A program made the translations under genes and the position numbers. Of a DNA stretch of 64,000 nt, positions 56,120 to 63,987 are shown piece by piece. The stretch is taken from positions 280,084-344,083 of the IMG/VR virus record IMGVR_UViG_3300042308_001511; one strand, 5' to 3'. The notes beneath the pieces are model-generated. The model was given only the letters and a program-made list of their open reading frames with translations. It made no database searches and was not told the DNA's origin. Position 1 is the stretch's first letter. Every line of letters begins with the position of its first letter.

Positions 56120-56238
56120 CGTAATTTATTTTTCTATTTGATTATTGTACAAAAATAATAAAACGATTTTATTATTTGCCATATATAAGTTAGTGCGAGA
56201 ATTATATTTTCGCTAATTTTATATTATAATTATTTTGT

Positions 56239-57105
56239 ATGCGAGTTATATGTGTAAAAATAGGGTCTCTTTCTGAGTTTGAGACGTTCCTTCTTGCCGA
56301 AAATTTGGGATTGGATTACTTATCTATGAATGAGATAAGAAGAGATAAGACTGTTAGGAAATATTGGTTTGACCTGAATGGTGGAAGACTTTTGGCAGTA
56401 GAAAGGGTTATACTGGGTGAAAAAGAGTTTGACCCTATGATGCCTTTAGATTCATTACAATTAGATTCAATTCGTAAAAGTAAGCCTGTTCAGGCAGGTG
56501 AACCAACTAGGAAGTTTAAAGGTGACATAGAAGAGAAGAGGAAAGATTTTCAGCGATTGTTGGAAGAGGAAAGGAAATACAAAGAGGATATGTTGAACCG
56601 TAAGGACTATAATCCTGGTAACATAGTTTGTATAAATTCTAAATCTACATTGGATCAGGTTTTCGCGGTTTGTGTTGTAAATGATGTGGATCCAGTTACG
56701 ACAATTTCTTTTATATACGGTAATAGTCACTTAGATATGACACGTGTTTGGTTTGAAAAAATAACCGGTGTTTTGGTTGCATATAGTTACTACGAATATG
56801 GTAGAGATAACTTTGTTATGGTTGATTGTTTGATACCTAAAAAAGCGATATATCAGATGAGTCACACTCCTGTTAATGTACCGAAATTGAAGGTTTCTGA
56901 TGTTGCAATAGATGCGTATGGTAAGTTGAAAGAGTTAGGAATAGACTTAGGTATACAAAAGTTAGAGAACGTCGTTCTGGTTCAAAAGAACAGAGAGTTT
57001 TTGGAAAAATTACAGAGTGAACTTGCAGATGCAATCGATACTGAAGATTATGAGAAGGCTGCAGTTCTTAGAGATAGAATAAATGCACTAAAGGATAGAG
57101 ATTAA
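56239..57105 (+). CDS. protein with C-terminal UVR (UvrB/UvrC) motif
   Basis: LEKLQSELADAIDTEDYEKAAVLRDRINAL. Confidence 0.75.
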   Translation: MRVICVKIGSLSEFETFLLAENLGLDYLSMNEIRRDKTVRKYWFDLNGGRLLAVERVILGEKEFDPMMPLDSLQLDSIRKSKPVQAGEPTRKFKGDIEEKRKDFQRLLEEERKYKEDMLNRKDYNPGNIVCINSKSTLDQVFAVCVVNDVDPVTTISFIYGNSHLDMTRVWFEKITGVLVAYSYYEYGRDNFVMVDCLIPKKAIYQMSHTPVNVPKLKVSDVAIDAYGKLKELGIDLGIQKLENVVLVQKNREFLEKLQSELADAIDTEDYEKAAVLRDRINALKDRD

Positions 57106-57404
57106 ATTCCTAAATCTCTTAGTTTTTTTTCTCTCTTCATTGCTGATATAAGTGAATTTGGTTGTATACTGAGTACCTTATCTACTACGAAATCAGAGAT
57201 TGTTAATTTATATTTCGTCTCTACTTCAATAATAGCGCCTATTACATCCAGTTCATCCATATCCATATCGTAGAAAGTATTTGCGTTCGGATCCCACTTT
57301 ATACTACAAAGGTTCTCACATATTTCGTCAAATGGTATTTGCATATCACATATAACAGATATAAGAGTTTCTAAGTTTGTAATAAGTTTCTTTGAGTCCA
57401 TCAC
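57102..57404 (-). CDS. acyl-carrier-protein-like, Ser replaced by Glu, with C-tag
   Basis: DMDMDELDVIGAIIEVETKYKLTISD aligns to ACP DSLDxVELxMxxEExFxxxIxD; ends REKKLRDLGI. Confidence 0.65.
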   Translation of the reverse strand: MMDSKKLITNLETLISVICDMQIPFDEICENLCSIKWDPNANTFYDMDMDELDVIGAIIEVETKYKLTISDFVVDKVLSIQPNSLISAMKREKKLRDLGI

Positions 57405-57409
57405 ATTTG

Positions 57410-57712
57410 TTATTTTAATATTTCACCGAGTATAGATTCTCTTAATTCTTCTTTTGTGTAGAACGGAAATGTGTAGTTGGTGTCATCAAATTCGAAAGTC
57501 CAGGTTGCATCGCCTCCACTATCATCTTTTATTCTTATACTACGATTGGATTTGAATATTATAATGTATTGTTTTCCTTTTGTTAGTAATCGATTTTCAT
57601 CTTTTTCATCTGGAACCCATTTTCCGTTTTCTGAATATTTAAGTTGATACGCATCTCTTTTTGCCACACATTTACCACCGGTAACGAACTCGTCTTTTTG
57701 TTCTTGTGTCAT
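57410..57712 (-). CDS. family-B protein with C-tag variant
   Basis: KCVA...LTKGKQY...RESILGEILK. Confidence 0.8.
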   Translation of the reverse strand: MTQEQKDEFVTGGKCVAKRDAYQLKYSENGKWVPDEKDENRLLTKGKQYIIIFKSNRSIRIKDDSGGDATWTFEFDDTNYTFPFYTKEELRESILGEILK

Positions 57713-57960
57713 ATTCTTTTAATTTTGTAACTTCCACATATTGTCCTGGATTGTCCATTTTCGTCTGTGAAGTCAACACATTCTCCGGTTATGACAGGAT
57801 CTGTTGTGAGGTGGTACTCACCATTGTGTATTATTTGCCAGTTTTGTTTGTCACTTGGTTTTGAAATTTTTATAATCATTGCGATTACTAATATCGTCGA
57901 TGATATAATTATCAACAATGTCGTTTTTTTATCTACACCAAAAATATTTTCAATATTCAT
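57709..57960 (-). CDS. single-TM membrane protein
   Basis: N-terminal hydrophobic helix. Confidence 0.75.
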   Translation of the reverse strand: MNIENIFGVDKKTTLLIIISSTILVIAMIIKISKPSDKQNWQIIHNGEYHLTTDPVITGECVDFTDENGQSRTICGSYKIKRI

Positions 57961-58167
57961 TTAGTTTAATTTTTTTATCATCTCGTCCGCCATCTTAGCT
58001 GCGATGTCCGCTACTTTGTCGAGGTTGTGCTCGCTCTGTATGTTCATAGTCTTTATAAGACTGGACATTGCTTCTATTGCAATTTTGTCTCTGATACTCA
58101 TTTCGTTTGCTGGTGCATTACTAAATGCTTTCAGTCTTTCTCTGTTGTTATATTCAATTGGATCCAT
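57961..58167 (-). CDS. small hypothetical protein
   Basis: MSIRDKIAIEAM...A.KMADEMI pattern, 68 aa. Confidence 0.7.
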   Translation of the reverse strand: MDPIEYNNRERLKAFSNAPANEMSIRDKIAIEAMSSLIKTMNIQSEHNLDKVADIAAKMADEMIKKLN

Positions 58168-58197
58168 ATTGATTTTTTTTTAATTTTTATATTTTTT

Positions 58198-58743
58198 TTA
58201 GATACCAAGTTCGTTTATCTTTTTATCTCGTCTGGTCTCTGTGTCGAGGAAGCCGTCCCACTTCTTCATCTTTGCAATCAGTTCGTCCTGTTTCTCGCGT
58301 TCGTGTTTTTCGTTGAGTACGCTTTTGTACTCACGATCTAACATTTCCTTTATGGTATTGGGTACGTCGTAGTTGTCTAATGAAATCTCACCGATTTCGA
58401 GGCAATGAAAAAATCCTTGTTTGTAGACGAATATTTTATTAGCAGAGCGAAATATGTAAAGGTCGAACCAGCCGAGTTTCGAGTGGTAAGTCTTCTTTCT
58501 CTGTCGTGTAAACATCCACCAGAACATAGGAAATATCTTTCCGGTGTATTTTCCTTCTTCGACCATCTTTTCAAACAGAAAGAAAATTGCGGTCTGAACA
58601 ACAATTGTCACTAAGATTATAAGTACTAGAGCTATATTTCCGAGTATTCCTTCGAAATTAGATTTGTGTAAAATGGTTATTGGTATTATTGCGTTCGCCA
58701 AAATACCTAATAATATGTAAACTATCTTCTTAATTATCTCCAT
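58198..58743 (-). CDS. membrane protein with C-tag, paralog of 13367..13921
   Basis: TM helices; ends RDKKINELGI. Confidence 0.85.
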   Translation of the reverse strand: MEIIKKIVYILLGILANAIIPITILHKSNFEGILGNIALVLIILVTIVVQTAIFFLFEKMVEEGKYTGKIFPMFWWMFTRQRKKTYHSKLGWFDLYIFRSANKIFVYKQGFFHCLEIGEISLDNYDVPNTIKEMLDREYKSVLNEKHEREKQDELIAKMKKWDGFLDTETRRDKKINELGI

Positions 58744-58987
58744 CTTCTAATAAATTTTCTATTCTACTATTTCGCCATTCGTCGATATCCATAAAGTTCT
58801 TACTAAATACACTAAGTTTACCAGTGTCGGTGTCAGTGGTTGGATAAAAAATTACCATTTCATCGTCGTGGTATTCTTTGGTATATGCGAGTTCGAAAAC
58901 TTCTCCTTTATGGTAGGCATGATGTGTCCCGTTATACCAGACTTTATGTAGTGTTTCGGGTCCGTCGTTTATGGCTATTACTTTCAT
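58730..58987 (-). CDS. family-B-like protein with C-tag variant
   Basis: MKVIAIN...RNSRIENLLEDGDN. Confidence 0.8.
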   Translation of the reverse strand: MKVIAINDGPETLHKVWYNGTHHAYHKGEVFELAYTKEYHDDEMVIFYPTTDTDTGKLSVFSKNFMDIDEWRNSRIENLLEDGDN

Positions 58988-59033
58988 AATACAAAAATAA
59001 TAAACTTCTTTCTAACCTTAGTTTTTTTAATAA

Positions 59034-59058
59034 AAAAAGACACCAAAAAGGTGTCTTT
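59034..59058. terminator. intrinsic terminator
   Basis: AAAGACACC-AAAAA-GGTGTCTTT after 59087..60817. Confidence 0.7.
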
Positions 59059-59086
59059 GATTTTATTTTAAAGTCTAATTTTTCTT

Positions 59087-60817
59087 TTAGAGTTGAGTTA
59101 CATTGAATCCGTATAGAGACCATCCCTTGCTTATAAGGTTCGTTAATGCAGTGTCACTTGCATGAGTTCTCAAAAGGTCATTTGTACTGTATTTAGTTCT
59201 AGTAAGTGAGCCGTTTACAACACCACTTGCGTCTAATCCTGTCAATAATGAATCGACTTCTGTAGGAGTTACTGAAGTTAGTCTATAAATATCTACGTCT
59301 TTAGCACTATAAGGTAGATTAAACGAAGTTATATCTAATTGTTTCAATTCTATAGTAAAAAGCTCTCCAAATGAAGCTAAGTCAATGTATGGCCAATTTA
59401 TATTCACTAAGTAAAGTCTTTCGAGTGAGTTCCATAGGTTAGTATTGCTATGGAATGTTGATATTGTTGTATCGAATATTGATGGGGTTATATCAAGTTG
59501 TGACATATCCTTCAGACTTAAATCTGTTAGTGATGTTAGATTTAAAAGATTAATCGCAGATACACCAACATTTTCAAGAAACAATCGTTTTAGGTTGTTT
59601 GGTAATTGCATAATACTTGAAGAATAATTGGGTGAATCCAATATAATAATTGTATCCAAATAAGGAAGTTGTAAATCGGTACTAACTAATGCTGCATTAT
59701 TTCTCAAATCGATATTGTCTAAGTTTTCACAACCAGTACTATTTATATTAGTCAAATTTGTACAATTGCTTAATTGTAACATTGTTACACCATCGTGGCC
59801 ACCTAAGTCTAAAGATGTAATAGGTAAGTTTGTGATATTCAGTAATTTAGTTACATAATGTGGAGAGTTCCATTCTGACCTGTTGCTTGTTATAGTTCCA
59901 TCTAATTTTATGAAAGATGGTTGTTGCCAATTAGGTATATTAGTCAATGACATTACTCCTGTGAACGATTGTAGGTTCTCAAGTGTTATATGCTCAATGT
60001 TAGTTAATAATGAGAAATTTAAATCAGAAGTTGTAATTACTGTATTGTTTTTTATTGTAAGGTATTTCAATTGAGTTACCTTATCTAGTGAGAATTCTAA
60101 GTATTTGTTGTTGGTTAGTTCTATACTAGATATATATCCTGGCATCATTCCAGTATTAACGTTTCCATTAACGTCACAGCTCCATATTTTTATCAATTTT
60201 GGTCCATATGAATTCATAGTTCCATCAGGAACCGACGTATTTGTCTTTTGGAAGGTTGTCCATGATGGTAGTATTTCTGAAGTTCCGTCCCAATATAATA
60301 TACGATAATATCCTTCTGATGATCCGATTCTACCATCTATTATATCGCCAGTTAAAAGTTGTGCTTTCAGGATAAATGCATTTGGTGGTGCAACCAATTG
60401 TTGTTCAACAACTCTACGTAGTGTACATGATTTACCACCTACTTGTATTGCAAAACTTGCAGTTCCTGATGTTGATGGAGTTCCTGATATTGTATATGTT
60501 AATGTACCACTACTTAGTAAAAAGAAACCTGATTGTAGTTTTGCATTAAGACCAGTAACACCAGTTGAATTTACCGTTTGTGTTGGGTATGAACCTCCAT
60601 TACCACCAGCATATGAAACCGATGATGATGCACTTACCGGTTTAAGTGCTACTAATGTACCGTAGTTGGTAAAAGATCCACAATTTAGAGATTGTATAGT
60701 TCCGTCCCAGTCATCTACAATAGATGTTCTAGGCCAATTGTTTGGATTTTTGTATGGTTTGATACCTGCAATGAGATTTCCCCACATATTGTACCATTTA
60801 CTTCTGTCGATAGGCAT
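59087..60817 (-). CDS. LRR protein with Ig-like N-terminal module; related to 27086..28258
   Basis: Degenerate LRRs; shares [AS]CDVNGN and C-cap (LD..G...RT..S.....NL..K.W...G) with 27086 protein. Confidence 0.8.
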   Translation of the reverse strand: MPIDRSKWYNMWGNLIAGIKPYKNPNNWPRTSIVDDWDGTIQSLNCGSFTNYGTLVALKPVSASSSVSYAGGNGGSYPTQTVNSTGVTGLNAKLQSGFFLLSSGTLTYTISGTPSTSGTASFAIQVGGKSCTLRRVVEQQLVAPPNAFILKAQLLTGDIIDGRIGSSEGYYRILYWDGTSEILPSWTTFQKTNTSVPDGTMNSYGPKLIKIWSCDVNGNVNTGMMPGYISSIELTNNKYLEFSLDKVTQLKYLTIKNNTVITTSDLNFSLLTNIEHITLENLQSFTGVMSLTNIPNWQQPSFIKLDGTITSNRSEWNSPHYVTKLLNITNLPITSLDLGGHDGVTMLQLSNCTNLTNINSTGCENLDNIDLRNNAALVSTDLQLPYLDTIIILDSPNYSSSIMQLPNNLKRLFLENVGVSAINLLNLTSLTDLSLKDMSQLDITPSIFDTTISTFHSNTNLWNSLERLYLVNINWPYIDLASFGELFTIELKQLDITSFNLPYSAKDVDIYRLTSVTPTEVDSLLTGLDASGVVNGSLTRTKYSTNDLLRTHASDTALTNLISKGWSLYGFNVTQL

Positions 60818-60860
60818 ATTATTTTTTTTTTTTTTTATTTATCGAATGAACGATATTTTA

Positions 60861-61772
60861 TTATTCATAAGCACTTGATGTAGTATCGTATTCAATCACG
60901 AATCTGAATTTGAGGTCAGGTATATTACCATAATTTGCGTAAGAAAGTGGCCACATTTGAAATGATATGTAAGATGTATAATACTTTTCAACTGGTGTAT
61001 TTTGTGGTATTCTCCAACTTCCACTATATGGATATGGAACGGTTCCAAGAGACTTATTACCAATGAGTGTACCTTCTAATTTATAAGTAGTAGAATCCAA
61101 ACTAACTTCTTCCGAGAATGTTACCTTTTCTCCCCATATTGTTCCTGGATCTCCTATATTTGCCGATGTGTATATTGAACCTGCGGTGGCTGCTGTTCCT
61201 GCAACTATATTATTTAGTTGAAATTGCGTCAGAGGATTTAAAACATTTCCTGGACCATTTGTAATGAATTCACCAACATTTGATGTTGTTGGGTCCTGAT
61301 CCAAATCATAGTTTATATTATAGTAGTTGTATCCGCCCATACCTTGAATTCTTACTTGTGTATTGGATAAGTTTCCTTTATAAATTATGTTTGTGTATAC
61401 TTTTATTTTACGTATTGCAAACCATGGTGTTATTGGTCGAAATGCTATAATTGACCATTGGTCTGGGTTGTATCCACCTACTACGAAACCAGGAGTTTTT
61501 TGAATTGCTGGTAAGTTTTTACCATTGTAAAATAATGAGGTACTGTAATATCCTTTTATCACACCATAATTTTCTTGGTTAGCGGCAACGACTATAGGAT
61601 TGAATCCGGATCCTCCTGTTCCTGAATCTATTGATAGACTCATTACACCACTATCGTATTGACCATATGATGTTGGAATTGGCCAATCGGTTGTTGGGTT
61701 TTTGTGTGGTTTAATCCCTGATATAGGTTTACCCCAAAGATTGTACCATTTACTTCTGTCGATAGGTGGCAT
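60861..61772 (-). CDS. putative virion-associated protein sharing N-terminal peptide with 59087..60817
   Basis: IDRSKWYN[ML]WG..I.GIKP.KNP; G/T/N-rich; TAATATATA at 61821-61829 (-). Confidence 0.65.
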   Translation of the reverse strand: MPPIDRSKWYNLWGKPISGIKPHKNPTTDWPIPTSYGQYDSGVMSLSIDSGTGGSGFNPIVVAANQENYGVIKGYYSTSLFYNGKNLPAIQKTPGFVVGGYNPDQWSIIAFRPITPWFAIRKIKVYTNIIYKGNLSNTQVRIQGMGGYNYYNINYDLDQDPTTSNVGEFITNGPGNVLNPLTQFQLNNIVAGTAATAGSIYTSANIGDPGTIWGEKVTFSEEVSLDSTTYKLEGTLIGNKSLGTVPYPYSGSWRIPQNTPVEKYYTSYISFQMWPLSYANYGNIPDLKFRFVIEYDTTSSAYE

Positions 61773-61870
61773 ATTTTCATTTTGTTTTTTTTTATCGATA
61801 AAACGATAAGCTTTTTTTTCTATATATTAATTTATAGGTATGAATAATTTGTACTTCTGAGTTTCTGATA

Positions 61871-61878
61871 TATAAATA
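61871..61878 (+). promoter_or_regulatory. TATAAATA late-promoter-like box
   Basis: Identical to the T4 late promoter consensus, 15 nt before endolysin ATG. Confidence 0.6.
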
Positions 61879-61893
61879 AAATAATTTTGAGTT

Positions 61894-62616
61894 ATGATTT
61901 TGAAATTAGGATCAAAAGGTGATGACGTCAAAAGACTTCAGGAGAAGTTGGGACTTGGAATGGACGGCACTTTCGGTGTTGTTACTGAGAAAGCTGTAAA
62001 GGATTGGCAATCAAAGAACGGACTTGTTTCGGATGGTATTGTAGGAGATTCTACGTGGGGTAAATTGTTCGGTACTAATGTAGAGGTCGATGCTAATGCA
62101 CCATTAGCATTTATTAGCAAATTGAAAGGGCACATACCTGATGCAGTTTTTTCACAACTTCCTACAACGTGTGCTGCTTATAACATAATTACACCACTTA
62201 GACTTGCACACTTTATGGCACAATGTGCTCACGAATCTGGAAACTTTGTTTGGACAACAGAATTGGCAACTGGTAAGGCATATGAGGGTAGAAAAGATTT
62301 AGGTAATATACAACCGGGTGATGGTGTTAGGTTTAAGGGAAGAGGTTATATACAACTAACAGGAAGAGCCAATTATGAAAAGTTTTCTAAGTTCTGTGGT
62401 GAGGATTGTGTTACTAACCCAGAGTTAGTTGCAACTAAATACCCAATGTTATCTGCTGCTTACTTTTTTCAGAAGACTAAACTTTGGGACATTTGTGATC
62501 AAGGTTCTGATGAAACGGTTGTTACGAAGGTTTCTAAAAGGGTAAATGGTGGAACGAATGGATTAGAAGACAGGAAAAAGAAGTTCAAAAACTTCTGGTC
62601 TATATTATCAAAGTAA
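61894..62616 (+). CDS. endolysin: peptidoglycan-binding domain plus GH19 lysozyme
   Basis: LKLGSKGDDVKRLQ...DGIVGDST; RLAHFMAQCAHESG, FKGRGYIQLTGRANY, VNGGTNGLEDR. Confidence 0.9.
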   Translation: MILKLGSKGDDVKRLQEKLGLGMDGTFGVVTEKAVKDWQSKNGLVSDGIVGDSTWGKLFGTNVEVDANAPLAFISKLKGHIPDAVFSQLPTTCAAYNIITPLRLAHFMAQCAHESGNFVWTTELATGKAYEGRKDLGNIQPGDGVRFKGRGYIQLTGRANYEKFSKFCGEDCVTNPELVATKYPMLSAAYFFQKTKLWDICDQGSDETVVTKVSKRVNGGTNGLEDRKKKFKNFWSILSK

Positions 62617-62627
62617 TTATAATTGAT

Positions 62628-62831
62628 ATGAAAATAAAGTTATTTGAGAAATTCAATTCGAAAAAGAAGAAGACTTTCAATATAGAAGATTGTCCATCTT
62701 TCGGTGAGTTCAGTAAGTTATTGACTGATTTGAAAAAGTTGGCAGAAAAAGTTAGAAAAGAGATGCCACATGGTACTAAAAGTGATTTAGATGACTATAT
62801 TGAGAATAGAATTTTCGGTAGAGATGTATAA
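62628..62831 (+). CDS. small N-tag protein (MKIKLFEKF)
   Basis: Downstream of endolysin in same orientation. Confidence 0.75.
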   Translation: MKIKLFEKFNSKKKKTFNIEDCPSFGEFSKLLTDLKKLAEKVRKEMPHGTKSDLDDYIENRIFGRDV

Positions 62832-62832
62832 A

Positions 62833-63120
62833 TCAATTGAGTAGGTCGTCAATCTTTTTATCTCTATCGTGTTCTGTAAGTCTTCTCTGAATGGCGTCTA
62901 TTCCTTTTATGAAATTCATAACATAACCGGGTATGATGTGGTGTTTGTCTGATGTGAAATAATCTAACTTCTTACAATTAGCATATGGATACTTTTTACT
63001 AAGAGATTCGAATGTCGTTTCTTCGTCTAAGTCAAGTATCTCATAGCGTATACCCGTTCTGGCTAACTTACGTGATTCCTGTGCGTAGACCGCTATGTCA
63101 TTGAATTTAATGAAATACAT
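62833..63120 (-). CDS. small protein with C-tag variant
   Basis: Ends RDKKIDDLLN; -7 box at 63140. Confidence 0.8.
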   Translation of the reverse strand: MYFIKFNDIAVYAQESRKLARTGIRYEILDLDEETTFESLSKKYPYANCKKLDYFTSDKHHIIPGYVMNFIKGIDAIQRRLTEHDRDKKIDDLLN

Positions 63121-63151
63121 ATTTTTGTTGTGATTTCTACAAATATAAAAA

Positions 63152-63439
63152 TTAATAAAGACCTTTCAAAAGTTCGTCAATCTTCATTTCTCTGAAAATG
63201 TCCTTTTGTATCAGAAAACTTTTGTGTACTTTGTAACCATTCGGCCTACCACCTAAATCTTTACCTTCTTCCAATACCTCTACGCTATCACCCCATAGTC
63301 TTATAACGACGTAAGTAGTTCCGTCTATAAGTTGTCTGGGATAACCATTACCCTTCCTTCGGAATACAATCACCCGGTCACCAATCACGTAGGATATGCT
63401 ACCCGACATTATTGTGTCTTTTAATTTCCAAGTATCCAT
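63152..63439 (-). CDS. small SH3-like protein with C-tag variant
   Basis: YVIGDRV...REMKIDELLKGLY. Confidence 0.8.
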   Translation of the reverse strand: MDTWKLKDTIMSGSISYVIGDRVIVFRRKGNGYPRQLIDGTTYVVIRLWGDSVEVLEEGKDLGGRPNGYKVHKSFLIQKDIFREMKIDELLKGLY

Positions 63440-63987
63440 TTTGTATCGTGTGTTACGTTTGTGTCGTAAATCGCGTACTCTATCTCGACCTTCTCGTATT
63501 CGAAAGAACGGAAATGACTAAGCATACTCCAGTCGTTCTTTCCGGAAATAATTTTCTCAATTGACCTAACTTCTCCTTCGAACTCCTTCGCATTCACCAT
63601 ATTACTCCTGTACGTAAGCATATTGATGAACTTGCCATCATCTGTCTTTTTGAAAAAGTTCTTTGACAACTTCGCAGTTCCACTGAACTCACATATACTT
63701 TCGTTTAGGAAATCGACAAGATCTTCGAGATCCTGCTTGGTCTCCTTCGTGACGATGACTCCGATGTGTGACTCGAAGTAACATCCGTTCGGGATTGGGT
63801 CTCCGTGCCATAGTGGATGGTCTTTGTCTTTATCCTGTGGTACTGCCGGATGCCACGGCACTGTTTCTATCTTGTTCCTGACCACACTGTAGCCCATCTC
63901 CTTCAGGCGCTTGGCTATCCTCTCGGACTCCTCGTATGCAGTCCTGTTGTCACCGAAGAACTTCGAGCTGGTCATCACGTCTTTCAT
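63421..63987 (-). CDS. hypothetical protein
   Basis: 188-aa ORF. Confidence 0.75.
   Translation of the reverse strand: MKDVMTSSKFFGDNRTAYEESERIAKRLKEMGYSVVRNKIETVPWHPAVPQDKDKDHPLWHGDPIPNGCYFESHIGVIVTKETKQDLEDLVDFLNESICEFSGTAKLSKNFFKKTDDGKFINMLTYRSNMVNAKEFEGEVRSIEKIISGKNDWSMLSHFRSFEYEKVEIEYAIYDTNVTHDTKWILGN

Noticed and set aside
60818-60840. Poly-T run as a phase-variable repeat
   Set aside because: Intergenic; on the coding strand it is an A-rich leader typical of these genes, with no evidence of length variation.
5479-63439. C-tag as a mere by-product of ATA-TGA start/stop coupling and A-rich initiation regions
   Set aside because: This may explain the terminal Ile, but not the conserved R/K/L/G positions, synonymous codon variation, or presence at convergent ends with TAA stops. 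Not fully excluded without computation.
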